Source: Ascoidea asiatica JCM 7603 (lineage: Eukaryota > Fungi > Ascomycota). From it: a stretch of DNA of 64,000 bases. Position numbers and translations under genes: made by a program. Positions 1 through 11,896 of the stretch are shown piece by piece. The notes under the pieces are model-generated. The model saw only the letters and a program-made list of their open reading frames with translations. It searched no databases and had not been told where the DNA came from. Within the stretch, counting starts at the first letter, position 1. Every line of letters starts with the position of its first letter. The stretch is from the NCBI GenBank assembly GCA_001600695.1, contig BCKQ01000003.1:1639547-1703546 (forward strand). Reading direction: 5' to 3'.

Positions 1-271
1 TATTAAAAAATCAAATCCTGTGTATTTTACTTTTGTGTATGCTTCTTTTCTTTAGAATATATTTTAATACTTGCATTTATGAATGTTGGATGTCCGCAAA
101 TTTATTTGAAAAATATTCAATACAGAAAATAAAGCTTCTGAGAAATCAACGCTTAAAAACTTCTACTTCCTTGAAGTAAGGGCAATTATTAGCTTAAATG
201 AAAGAAAATAAGGAAATACAAATAAAGTCATATATGCAAATATTTAGGTGAAATAATAATAGCAACTGACA

Positions 272-1375
272 ATGACAACTGTTGAGAAGATAAAAGCCAT
301 CGAAGATGAAATGGCCAAGACCCAAAAAAATAAGGCTACCAACTTCCATTTGGGTCAGTTGAAAGCCAAACTTGCAAAATTAAGAAGAGAGCTTCTTACT
401 TTCTCTGGTGGTTCTGGAGGAGGAGCTGGAGTTGGGTTTGATGTTGCCAAAACGGGTATAGCTTCAGTGGGGTTTGTAGGTTTTCCCTCTGTAGGGAAAT
501 CAACTTTATTGAATAAATTAACCGGAACTCATTCTGAAGCAGCTGCTTATGAATTTACCACATTGACTACTGTTCCCGGGGTAATAAAATATAAAGGAGC
601 AAAAATTCAAATGTTAGATTTACCTGGTATTATTGAAGGTGCCAAAGATGGTAGGGGTAGAGGTAAACAAGTAATTGCTGTTGCAAGAACTTGCAATCTT
701 ATATTTATTGTCTTGGATGTAGGGAAACCCTTAAAGCATAAACAAATCATTGAAAAAGAATTAGAGGGTTTTGGTATAAGAATCAATAAACAACCCCCTG
801 ATATTATAATAAAGAAGAAAGAAAGGGGAGGTATTAATATCACGAATACTGTTCCTTTAACAAGAATCGATAAGGATGAAATAAGAGCAGTTATGCAAGA
901 ATATAGATTAAATTCTGCTGATGTTGCTATTCGGTGTGATGCTTCAGTTGATGATTTGATTGATACCATAGAAAGTCAGAATAGAAAGTATATTCCAGCA
1001 ATATATGTGTTAAATAAAATTGATTCATTTTCAACAGAGGAATTAGATTTAATGTACAGAATTCCAAACTGTGTTCCAATATCTTCTGGTAATGGTTGGA
1101 ACCTTGATGATTTATTAGAAATGATGTGGGATAGGTTAAATTTGGTAAGGGTTTATACCAAACCAAAAGGAAGACTTCCTGATTTTGATGAGCCTGTTGT
1201 TTTAAGATCTGATAAATCATCTATTGAAGATTTTTGTAATAATATCCACAAGAGTTTAGTTGCAGATTTTAAATCAGCTGCTGTCTTTGGGGCAAGTGTT
1301 AAGCATCAACCTCAATATGTTGGACTAAGTCATACATTGAAAGATGAAGATGTTGTAACTATCTTAAAAAAATAG
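272..1375 (+). CDS. RBG1: DRG1-family ribosome-binding GTPase (Obg/DRG, C-terminal TGS domain)
   Basis: N-terminus [24 protein letters not shown]1 [10 protein letters not shown]2 YEFTTL, G3 DLPG, G4 NKID, and a TGS-type end ([14 protein letters not shown]). Confidence 0.96.
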   Translation: MTTVEKIKAIEDEMAKTQKNKATNFHLGQLKAKLAKLRRELLTFSGGSGGGAGVGFDVAKTGIASVGFVGFPSVGKSTLLNKLTGTHSEAAAYEFTTLTTVPGVIKYKGAKIQMLDLPGIIEGAKDGRGRGKQVIAVARTCNLIFIVLDVGKPLKHKQIIEKELEGFGIRINKQPPDIIIKKKERGGINITNTVPLTRIDKDEIRAVMQEYRLNSADVAIRCDASVDDLIDTIESQNRKYIPAIYVLNKIDSFSTEELDLMYRIPNCVPISSGNGWNLDDLLEMMWDRLNLVRVYTKPKGRLPDFDEPVVLRSDKSSIEDFCNNIHKSLVADFKSAAVFGASVKHQPQYVGLSHTLKDEDVVTILKK

Positions 1376-1876
1376 ATAATTTAATTCTACAAAAGTTTAT
1401 TTGACCCTCAATAAAAAAATTTTGATTTTGTCAAATTTTTTAAAGGGAAGCAGAAGCTAGATCTCGCCTTAAAACCTTAAGAAACATGTATTATAAACTT
1501 AAAGAGCCGAAAAAAAAGACACGAAAAGAATTTTAAATAACTTATTAAACTGAAAGAGGTGAGAATGCGTAAACAAGATATAAAACTAGATGAGCACTTC
1601 TAATAAATAGAAAATGACTGTATATGAATACTTGAAGAGAAATAAAAAAAGTAAAAAGAAGCGTAAAATGAAAAACCAATAAAACAAGTCGTGGAATAAA
1701 TGGAAACAATATTTGATTATATTGTGTCAAGAAAAATAAAGAGTAAAAGCAAAAAATTAAATACGAAAATTAGCCAATGGTAAGTAAATAAAAAATTATA
1801 AAAAAAAAAAATGGGGACAAAAAGGCAAAAAAGAGTATGGGAATGACTTTAGCTAAAAGCTTGGCTATTAAAAAAA

Positions 1877-4114
1877 TCATTCCAGTAGTAAAGTTTTAAT
1901 TATGTTTTCTAGTTTCCATGGCTTTGTCATACAGCTAAATCTTCCAACAACCTGGCCCTTTTTATTAATCAAGAATTTTTCATAATTCCACTTTATTGCT
2001 TTGATACCCATAGTTACTTTACTACTTTTTTGATCCTTTAGCCATTTGAATAATTTTAGCTGTTTCTTCCCATTTACTTTGCATTGTTTCATGATTTTGA
2101 AGTCAACATTTAATAATTCATTAATTGATTTTGATTGATCTTGATTCTTATTATTAAATATGGTCAAATCGGATGCATTATCGGGACTAGTAAATGAAAA
2201 TTGATCAGAAGGAAAAGCTAATATTTCTAATCCCCTTGAGTTATATCTCTCGAACAAAAATTGTAACTCTCTTAGATGGCGTTGAGTGAAAGTACTGGTA
2301 TATGTTATATTTGTAACTATTACAACTTTGTTTCTCAAGTCTTGAAGACTATATGGAATTTGATAATAAGTTTCAACGACAAATTTATAAAGTCCTGATT
2401 GGTCATTTTGTACTGGATACTTTTTATCAGAAATTCTGTTTAGAGAAGTTTCTATTGTAGTTTCATTCTTTTTTTGAATTTGAGATGGAGAATGAAGTTC
2501 TTGTAGACTAAGATTTGACGTATAAAAACCATTCTGATTATCTATTTCACCCTCTTCTTTTTTAGGAGATTCAAGTATATCTTTACTGAAAGTTTGTGAT
2601 AATCTTGGTTCGTTGTTCTCAGAAATTATAGATATTTCAGCCAGTAGTTTCAGTGAATTTAAAGAATCCCTCTTCTTTGTTATTGAATATGGATTCAAAT
2701 ATGGATTCAAATGACTGGATAACCTGCTGGAGTATGATTTTGAAGGCTCTAATAGTTTGAATGAAGTATTTCCATTGGAGAGCATTTCAAAACCATTGCT
2801 TGAAAGTGGACTAGTTAGGTAGTAGTTTCTATTAGTGGTTATATCTTTACTATTAGAATTAAGGCTGTTCATATTATTAATATTGCTATTATTATTATTG
2901 TTATTATTACGAAAGAATTCTGTATTTGCTATAGGTGAATTTAAATTGGAGGTTGAATTTGAATTTAACATAGATGCTGAACTTGTAATTATTGAAGTTA
3001 GATTTCTGAGACTATGTCTTTTTTGAAATGAAGTCACAATTGGAGAGTTGGTAATTAAAGAAACTTCATTATCTTTAGATTCTAATTCTTGTTGATTTTT
3101 GAATATTAAAGAAAGTCTTTTTTTTTTATTACTGGGTTGAGGTTTTGATTTATTAATTTGTTGTTTGTTTTGTTGTATAGTTGCTATATTTGTTAGTGAA
3201 GAATCCTTAATGATATCTTGATCAGGAGCAATTCTAACAGTAATATTAGAGTTCATATCATCAAAATTATTAAGATCAGCATTCAGATCACTATATAAAT
3301 CTTCAGATAAATCATTATCTAGAAGATTATTTTCATTACTATAATCTAAATCGGTATTTAAATCATCATTGGAGGGATTATACATATTATTTGTGTTAGA
3401 ATCAATGAATTTGGTTAAATCTTTATTCAAATCTCTAATTATATTATCATTGTCTACTATTAGATTATTTTGTAAATCTTTATTCAAATCATTAATTAAT
3501 AAATTTGTATCATTATTTGAGGATATAGAAGAATTATTATCATGATTAGATAAAATAGGAGAATTTGAATTATTTGTAGTTGAATTATTTGAATTTGAAA
3601 GCATTTCTAAATTAACATTTGAATTTGAAAAATTCATCCAGGGATAAAGATGATTATTCAAATCATTTTGAGAAGAAGATTCAAAATTATTACTTAAATT
3701 TGAATTTAAATCATTACTAAAATCATTATTGAAATTATTGTTATTATTGAAATTATTACTTAAATCATTTGTTGTTTTATTTAAAGATACAAATCTATTA
3801 CTTAATCTTTTATTTTGATTTAAAGAATTCTGACCAGAGAAATTATTTGAAAATCGATTATTAATATGATTATCGGAATAATAAATATCATTTGCAGATA
3901 TTTGCCTTTTATGAGAATCAAATTGATTGAATTGATTAAGATAAGATTTTGAAGAAGAAGAAGTTAAAGAATAAAATTTATTTCTTTCCAATTTAGCAGA
4001 TTCATAATTACTTAATTTATTTAATTTATGTAATTGAGATAAGTCACTAATATTATTTTTTGAAGCTATAATTCCAAATAGTTGTTCATTTCTCAAATCA
4101 GAAGTTGAATACAT
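1877..4114 (-). CDS. Asn/Ser-rich protein with C-terminal catalytically degenerate glutathione-peroxidase (GPx) domain, paralogue 1
   Basis: The last ~170 aa follow the GPx pattern (KVVIVTN, GLEILAFPSDQF, IMKQCKVNG, LFKWLK, IKWNYEKFLINKKGQVVGRFS). NVASKCGFT is replaced by NITYTSTFT. Confidence 0.85.
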   Translation of the reverse strand: MYSTSDLRNEQLFGIIASKNNISDLSQLHKLNKLSNYESAKLERNKFYSLTSSSSKSYLNQFNQFDSHKRQISANDIYYSDNHINNRFSNNFSGQNSLNQNKRLSNRFVSLNKTTNDLSNNFNNNNNFNNDFSNDLNSNLSNNFESSSQNDLNNHLYPWMNFSNSNVNLEMLSNSNNSTTNNSNSPILSNHDNNSSISSNNDTNLLINDLNKDLQNNLIVDNDNIIRDLNKDLTKFIDSNTNNMYNPSNDDLNTDLDYSNENNLLDNDLSEDLYSDLNADLNNFDDMNSNITVRIAPDQDIIKDSSLTNIATIQQNKQQINKSKPQPSNKKKRLSLIFKNQQELESKDNEVSLITNSPIVTSFQKRHSLRNLTSIITSSASMLNSNSTSNLNSPIANTEFFRNNNNNNNSNINNMNSLNSNSKDITTNRNYYLTSPLSSNGFEMLSNGNTSFKLLEPSKSYSSRLSSHLNPYLNPYSITKKRDSLNSLKLLAEISIISENNEPRLSQTFSKDILESPKKEEGEIDNQNGFYTSNLSLQELHSPSQIQKKNETTIETSLNRISDKKYPVQNDQSGLYKFVVETYYQIPYSLQDLRNKVVIVTNITYTSTFTQRHLRELQFLFERYNSRGLEILAFPSDQFSFTSPDNASDLTIFNNKNQDQSKSINELLNVDFKIMKQCKVNGKKQLKLFKWLKDQKSSKVTMGIKAIKWNYEKFLINKKGQVVGRFSCMTKPWKLENIIKTLLLE

Positions 4115-6410
4115 ATCTGAAAAAAAGTGATAAATAAATGTCTTTAAATATAAATATGATTATAATTATATATTCATATATTTCTATTTCTATTTCTATA
4201 TACTTTTTTTTATTGAATTAAGTTTTTATTATGTGGTTGATCTTTTTAACATGAGCAAAGAAAATCAAATTAAAAGAAAAAGAAGTTTGTGGTAGTTATT
4301 AGTTCGAGATAAATAAAATTGTCTTGAATGGATTTTATCTAAGAAGTCAAATGAATAGGAGAAATAAAGAATGAAAAATAAATAAATATACTGTTGAATA
4401 CAAAAAAAACTTTAGGACTAAAAAAATATATATTAATTGGTATTGATATTGATAGATTTATTGATATTGATGAGTATTGAATAAGAATCAAGATAGTTTT
4501 GCTATTGTTATTAAATAGAATAAAAAGTATGCTCACAGAGTTTGAGAATACAAAGCAGTAATTTTTTTGATAGATATTATTTTCTTGAATTAAAATTATG
4601 TCTTGGAACTATTATTTAAAATTTTCATTGATTTTATGATTGATTGTTGAATTGATTGACTTGAGCTAATTTAGATATCTTGACAATATTGATTTATTTT
4701 TTTTCTTTTGTTCTTCTTTATTTTATTTTGAATTAGTTAGGTTTATTCCTTCAGAAATCAAAAGAATTCTTTTGAAGAATTAAACGAATCTCAATTAAAT
4801 TGGTAAGTTACCAAAACCTCTCAAAAATCAACAGTACTAGATATTAAACATGTATAAAAAAAAAACTTGTTTAATAAATGTGTAAAAAACAGTATCCAAC
4901 TTCAGTATCTCACTCCAGTATCTTGTATCCTTCTCCCATATTTCTAGTACCAATGTTTATTTCTCAAAAAGGTTTGTAACCTTTATTGTTTGTGTATCTT
5001 TACGCAGTATCTTTCTGGTGTAGGATGGACACTGGAAAGGTAAAAATAGATAAAGAAGTGAGCAGTTGTCTGGTTACGTAATCATCAGCGGGTAACTGTT
5101 ACTCAGATCGAACGTTACTTAATTATCCAACGACAATTAGCGTTGTCGGAGTGCTCAAGGTTTAGTTTGAGGATATACTTGTTTTGACAGAGTACCGCTT
5201 TTTTACACCTTAATTCAATGGAGTGTCCTTATATTAACGAACACCTGAGAGAATTTAAGACAATTAAAACCTAGATGTAAAATCCCCTATTATCATAGGG
5301 GTTAGCTATATACACCGCATATGCATTGTTTTATCGGAGAATGTTCGCTAAGGGACTTTTTGGAAGATAGTCTTTCTAATTTCCCGCTTTTATTTGCATT
5401 GTCGTTGTTTATTCCCTATTTCAAACTTTTAAATATATTGAGCTCAAAGAACAGGCAATTCAGGATAAGCTCGGTTAGTTTCTAGGGAAAGATAGAGATA
5501 GAGAGTGCTCTACAGTATTTTATTCAAGGTAAAAGTGGAGGTAAAAATCATTATCCTGGAGAACTTTTCTCAATTTTTTTGATTTTGATTCAAATGAAAA
5601 TTTGATTCGAACTAAAAATAATCAACAGAACTTTTTTGTATGTTATTGGGAGCTTTTTTTTCAAATGATGGATTGAACCGTAAACATAATTCCTGATGTG
5701 AATGTTATGCACATGAAAAATTATTTGCAGTAGCTCATCAAACCTTGCACCATCCACAAATGCCTATTTTAAGAAAATATTATTGGCAGTGCTATTTGCC
5801 ACATTTCGCTATAAAGGGAAAATTTTGCATCTATTTTAGGAGTGTGCAAGGATCTAGGATTATACAGAGACTTACAGAGAATTAAAGAAACTTGCAGATA
5901 CTGGCATTGGATTCCGCATCTTTAAAATCAAACCGGACATTCCGGATTTATAGTTAAAATCCGTAGCTTGATCCGTATTTTCCCGGATGTTTCAAATGGA
6001 ACGGATAAGAGGAGCTGAATGTGCCGATTCGGCAATCATTTCCTTTGCCGTTTTAAAATTCTCGCCAATTGTTTGCGTAAATGACTTTGCTAAAAGCAAG
6101 CGAGGAAAATTTTCAAATCTGAGTTTGGTTAACTTATTGAATTATTTATTTATTGATAATCCAAAACGTCGAATCAAATTGAAAAAAAAAAAAAAAAGAA
6201 CCTTTGAATTTAAGTGATCTATCAAATTTAAATAGAGTCGTCTCTTATTTAGTTTCATCTTGCTTTAATTTCATTACAAAAATAGGGTTTTCTTTCAAAT
6301 ATGTTAAATCTTCAATAATTTGCATATATATTCCATTATTTACTAATTCATTTACTTATCCTGATTAATTCATAAAACCACTCATATAACATAAAAAACA
6401 TTAGTAAAAA

Positions 6411-7607
6411 ATGTATAATTCTTTGATTTTGAAGAAAAGCTTGAATAATAAACTTTTATTAAGAAATTTAACTTCAAAATATATTTCAAATCTAAGTTAT
6501 AATCATTTATATAATAGATCAAACTATTTAGCTAAAAATTCAAATTTTTTATTGAAAAAATCTTTTTCAACTAAAAATAAATTTTTCAATGATTTAAATC
6601 AAAATAATCAAAATAATCAAAGTAATCAAAACAATAAAAAGCCTAAAAGTAAAAAAAAACTATTTTTTTTCTCTTTATTATCAACTTCAATAATTTCTTC
6701 ATATATTGCTTATAAAAAAAATGAAAATGAAGCTCAAAGATTTTTAGGTAAAAAAATTTCAAATTATATAAATAATAATTCAAAATATTTTACAGTTAAT
6801 TTTGAAAATGCAGTTTTTATACCTTTTAAAAATGAATTTATTTTAAATAATTCTACAATTATTAAAGAACCAAAAGATTTAATTAATGATGATGGTAATT
6901 ATACTCAATTTAATTTAAAAATTAATCAAATTCATATTCAATTATCTTTTATTAAATGGTTTAATTCAAAAGGTTTTTATAAAAATGTCACTTTAAAAGG
7001 TATTAGAGGTACTATTGATAGAACTCATGTAATTTGGAAATTAAATGATGATCCAAGAAATTATAAAAATATTAAAAAACCAGGAGATTTTGAAATTGAA
7101 AATTTTATTATTGAAGATTTTTTAGTAAAATTATTACAACCAAATAATTTTAGACCTTTTAATATAAGTATTTATAATTGTCATTTAAATAAATTAAGAC
7201 AAAATTGGTTATTTTATGATTTTTTGAATGCAAAAACTATAAGTGGATCTTATGATAATTCATTATTTAGTATTTATACAAGATATAATTCAGATTCTAA
7301 AAATACAGTTACAAGATTAATTATTGATGGATTAAATATTGATCATTTAAATACAGGTTTAGAAGGTCCATTTGGTTGGATAAATAATGGTAAAGTTGAT
7401 ATGGTTGGTGATGTAATAATACCAAATGAAGATACAATAAATTTATCTGAATTTATTTCAAATATTTCAGAAAATATTTCAAAAGAAGCAAAAAGAATTT
7501 ATTATAGTAAAACAGATTATTTAAATAAGTATAATACAGAAAGTTCAAGTTTTAAATTAGAAGAAGAATTCAAAAATTTATCCAAAAATAGATTATCAAA
7601 TAATGAT

Positions 7608-7661
<54 letters not shown>

Positions 7662-8051
7662 GAAGAAGAAATTATAAAAAATTTAAATAAATATTTTATT
7701 TTAGATTTACAAATTAAATTAAGAGATATTAAATCTCAAGTACCATTTTCAACACCAGAATTATCATATGTTAATTATGCATTAATTGCACCAATTGTTG
7801 GATATATGAATGCAAGAAATTCATATATACCAATAAAATGTAAAATTGTTAAAAATATGGAAGATTTTAATGGTAGTTGGACAATTTATGATTGTTTATT
7901 AATGGATGATATTTCTATAAAAGTTTATGATGCATTTGTTGATTATGTTGTTAATGAAGAATATAGATTACATCGAATTAAAAAAGTTGGAATTTGGGGT
8001 TTACAACAAGTATTTCAATTTGTTTTAATGAGTTTAGGTACAATTGCTTAA
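6411..8051 (+). CDS. MDM31: Mitochondrial inner-membrane morphology protein, Mdm31/Mdm32 family
   Basis: Basic presequence-like N-terminus and family motifs DDGNYTQF, GIRGTIDRTHVIW, PGDFEIENF, GSYDNSLFSI, IDHLNTGLEGPFGWI, DFNGSWTIYD, RIKKVGIW. MDM31 versus MDM32 cannot be separated. Confidence 0.88.
7611..7655 (+). repeat. (AAT)15 coding microsatellite (poly-Asn) in MDM31
   Basis: Fifteen in-frame AAT codons. Confidence 0.9.
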
Positions 8052-8480
8052 AAAAATTAATAAATTTTATTATAAATTTAAAAAATTTCTATAATTTTCA
8101 AAATTTTTTTTTTAGCTTTTTCAATTCTTTTTTATTTTGCATTTTTTCATAAAAATCTGGGTGGTTTTATTTTTTTCTTTATCTTTTTCTCTTTTTCTTT
8201 ATGTGTTTATGATTACGATCATTTTATTATAGTTTTTGTGTATATTATTTCTGTATATAATAAATTGAAATAAAAGCTGATATTGCAAATATACTTCACG
8301 TAGTTTTTTTGTGTATTAGATTACTTTTTTGATGCTCTTTATAATTTGAGATTTCTCACCAAACAAAAGAATTTTTAGGCAAAATAAAGAAATTCCTTCA
8401 CAGAAGAGACTACAAAATTAAATTTATTGAAAGATTAAACATTTATTAAATACATAAATAAAAAAAAAATAATAAAAAAA

Positions 8481-8913
8481 GAACTATTGAAAACTTGTCA
8501 GACTGCCATTGTTATCCATCCAAATAATTACTCCTTCCGAAAAAGTATGTAATAATGGATTGAAATCATTGCTCCTTTCTTAAGATATCAACAAAAAACG
8601 GATATCTTTACAAACGAAAGGCAAATTGAAACAAGATATCCAGACCAACAAAGGATCACAGATAAACTAATTGAAATTCTCATTCTATGGATACAATGGT
8701 TTTCATCTCATCATCCAAGTTGGATTTGATGGCTCTTTTGAAGAATCAAAGAGAGACGTGACCTATAGAAATGATCCTACTATTGAATTTGTTAGTAAAC
8801 CTGACATCTTAAAGGAGTGTTATTGTAATTATCACTATTATAATTATTATTATTTGAACCATATGGTAAGCTACTTACTGAAGTACGTCGACAAAGGAAA
8901 AAAAAGGAAATAA
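8481..8913 (+). pseudogene. Possible decayed coding relic, weakly Ty1/copia Gag-like
   Basis: The stop-bounded frame 8556-8726 reads WIEIIAPFLRYQQKTDIF...QRITDKLIEILILWIQWFSSHHPSWI, resembling the remembered Ty1 capsid segment WVKTYIKFL...RQITDDELTFLYNTFQIF...PTWV. No LTR or pol was seen. Confidence 0.25.
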
Positions 8914-9965
8914 AAATAATTAAAAAAAACGAGATTTCGTCTCCTTTTATATCAAAGATTCAGTCTCAATTTTCACAAACTTTTTCAGAATTTTCAAAAT
9001 CAAATCATGTTACCCGGTCTTATTCAGAGCCCTGATTGCAAAACTCTTATTTCAGGGCTCTACTGCGACTGTTCTTTTTGCTTCTTTTTCACTCAAAGAA
9101 AATGAAATAATTTTATTTGAAGCTGTTTATTTCTCTGAAGGAAATGATGAGAACGAGAATGAAAATACTAATGATAATTATAAAGATAAAGATAATAATG
9201 GCTAAAGAATTGTCATTAAAGTAAGATAATTATTTGCTCAAAGACTTCAATGAGAATCACTGTAGTCTATTTTAATACTCTTGTTGACTTTGAAATAGTG
9301 GGTCTTCGAAATAGTTCACTGCCTTGAAAAATCAATTGATAATTCATTTTTAATTAATTTATGACTTCTTCCAATGTCTCATTTCAATGCAATAATTTTA
9401 AGAATATTCAGAATGTTATTATTACGATTCGACATTGAATAAGATTCTGTATATATAAATTTACTTAGTAGTTTATCTTCCAAGTTACGAAATTCTCGAA
9501 AATTAAAGATGAATACTTTAGATTTCTTCATTTAAAAAGATAATCTAATGAAAGTAATTGATAATTGATGTATTATTATATTGTACTGTACAGATAAAAT
9601 ATTGAATGACAAACAAATAAAACTAAGTATAAAAAACAAATGAAGAAAGAATTAAATAATAAAATTTTTATAAAAAATGTTAAAAAAACCAAAAAAAAAA
9701 AAAATATAAAAAAAAAAATATTTTAAGCACAAAAATTTTAATGAAATTAACAAAGTGTACATATCTTTGTTCTTTTCTTTTGTTTTCTTCTTTTTCTCTT
9801 TCTTTCGGATCAATAAAATATAACTGATTAATAAATGATATAGATGATATAAATGACAAATGATTTTAATTTTTCAAAAATTCAATAGAAATTTCATTTT
9901 AATAAAAAACAAATAATAATTGATAAAATAAACAAATATTTAATTAAAATTTAATTAATCTTAAA

Positions 9966-10934
9966 TTAATATCTTGAAGTTTGAGGTTTTGGATTACTAT
10001 AATCTAATCTTACTGGTCTACCATCAATCATTTGACCATCAAATTTTGCTAAAGCTTTTTTAGCACTATCAACATTATCAAATTGAACATAAGCAAAACC
10101 TTTTGGTCTATCAGTACCTCTTAAAGTTGGAATACGAACACCAACAACTTCACCACATTCTTGAAATTTAGTCCATAAACTATCTTCATTAGATCTAAAA
10201 GATAAATTACCAATAAATAAAGTATTTGAAGGATCTGATTTTTTATCACCATATTTTTTAGCTCTATCATTTGAATTGAAATTAGATTTTGGTTTTGCAG
10301 TTGCTAAATCAAGATTTATTGGTCTACCATCAATTTCTTTACCTTGATATTCTTTTAAAGCTTTTTGAGCATTTGCACTTGAATCAAAATCAACATATCC
10401 ATAACCACGAGATCTACCTGAACTTTCCATTATAACTCTTGCACTAATAACACCACCAATTGGTTCAAATTCAGTTTTTAACCATTGATCATCAACATTC
10501 CATGATAATCTACCAACAAATAATGTTGCACCTTCTTGAGGTTGAGAAGGTTCTTCAACGGCTTTTGGTTCAACTTTTGGTTCAACTTTTTTAACAGCTT
10601 CAGCTTCTGGTGATTCACTTAATTTTTGTTTTTTTGATGAACTATCACTATCTATTTCATCAACAGATCTTTTTTTATTTGATTTTTTTTCAGATTCATC
10701 TTCAGATTCAGATTCTGAATCACTTGAATTATCACTAGAATCTGATGAAGCTGAAGAATCGGAATCAGAATTAGAATCATCTTCAGATTCATCTTCGGAA
10801 GATTCAGTTTCTGGTTCAACTGGTTTCTCTTCTTCTTTCTTTACTTTCTTTGAAGAATGTGATTTTTTAGAATCAGATTTTGAAGAAGATTTTGAACTTG
10901 ATTTTGAACTTATTTTTTTATCTTTAGAACCCAT
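9966..10934 (-). CDS. NSR1: Nucleolin-like Nsr1 (acidic/Ser N-terminus, two RRMs) without C-terminal RGG/GAR domain
   Basis: RRM1 TLFVGRLSWNVDDQWL...RSRGYGYVDF, linker NDRAKKYGD, RRM2 TLFIGNLSF...PKGFAYVQF...GRPVRLDYS. The stop follows shortly after RRM2. Confidence 0.9.
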   Translation of the reverse strand: MGSKDKKISSKSSSKSSSKSDSKKSHSSKKVKKEEEKPVEPETESSEDESEDDSNSDSDSSASSDSSDNSSDSESESEDESEKKSNKKRSVDEIDSDSSSKKQKLSESPEAEAVKKVEPKVEPKAVEEPSQPQEGATLFVGRLSWNVDDQWLKTEFEPIGGVISARVIMESSGRSRGYGYVDFDSSANAQKALKEYQGKEIDGRPINLDLATAKPKSNFNSNDRAKKYGDKKSDPSNTLFIGNLSFRSNEDSLWTKFQECGEVVGVRIPTLRGTDRPKGFAYVQFDNVDSAKKALAKFDGQMIDGRPVRLDYSNPKPQTSRY

Positions 10935-11160
10935 TGTTATAAGATTATTATTATTATTTATATTATTATTTTTTGAAATATTAAATGAATATGAATTGAA
11001 AAGAAATTTTTAAAATAATTTGTTTGAAAATTTGTTTCAAAAGTTGAAGAAGAAGTAAAAAATTTTAGAAAAGAGCAATGCTAAGTTTATATATAAATTC
11101 AAAGCCTACTTCAGAATAAAATTTCACTGAGAAGAAGAAAAAAAAAAAAAATTTCGCAGA

Positions 11161-11347
11161 CAAAAATTTTTTTTAATAAATTTTTCAAAAATTGACACCC
11201 ACGTGATCAAAAAAGGAATAATCCACAAAACCGGTCTCTTTAACGGAAAAAAAAACATTTCTTCATCAATTATCCGAAACGCACTTTTTGCTTTAAAACA
11301 AACGCATTTCGAGACGGAGCTTCAACCATTTTTATAAGTACACGTGA
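11161..11347 (-). promoter_or_regulatory. NSR1 upstream region with RRPE and Cbf1-type E-boxes
   Basis: TGAAAAATTT on the minus strand at 11178-11187, AAAAATTTT at 11162-11170, and CACGTGA at 11200-11206 and 11341-11347. RRPE is typical of ribosome-biogenesis genes. Confidence 0.55.
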
Positions 11348-11896
11348 TTTTAGTATATTTGAATAATAACTTCAACAGACAATTGATAAAGTTATGGTAA
11401 ATGTGGTAAAAAATGGAAATATTATTTATAATGATTTGTTAGTTGGTCTCACTTTGATGGGAAACTTATTTATTTTAATTCAAATCAGAGAATCAATATT
11501 ATTCAATCTTTATGAGTTTACATTATCAGATGCGACCCTTCTATATGGGAAAAGTTCTAAAAATGTCATAATCAAAAAAATGCAGAACCATATGACTAAA
11601 TATAAAGAAAGAGATCTTCTAATTCATTATTTCAAATTAATTTCAAATCATTTATCTCCAAGATTGAAATAATTTCCAATTTGAAATATTTCAGTCAATC
11701 ACATTTCAAAAATTCATCACAAATCATATAAACCAGATAAATCATGTTTGAGACTGATTAAATATATATTCTTGTGTTTTCCTCTACTTATTTTTTTGTT
11801 TTTAAATTGATAATTATATTCAAATATTCAAAAGTATATTCCATTAGTACTTTCTTTCAAACAATTATATTTTTAAAGTTATTATAACAGATTGCA

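Noticed and set aside
607-1220. Antisense and nested short ORFs within RBG1 and other long genes
   Set aside because: Shadow frames of real CDSs with biased codon use and no independent evidence.
2294-2296. Selenocysteine (TGA) at the GPx active site explaining the missing Cys
   Set aside because: The position is a sense codon (AGT, Ser) in copy 1, and all four frames are open with no in-frame TGA.
11394-11672. 92-aa ATG ORF upstream of the split orphan gene
   Set aside because: No motif or homology recognised and it lies in a divergent promoter. It cannot be supported without expression data.
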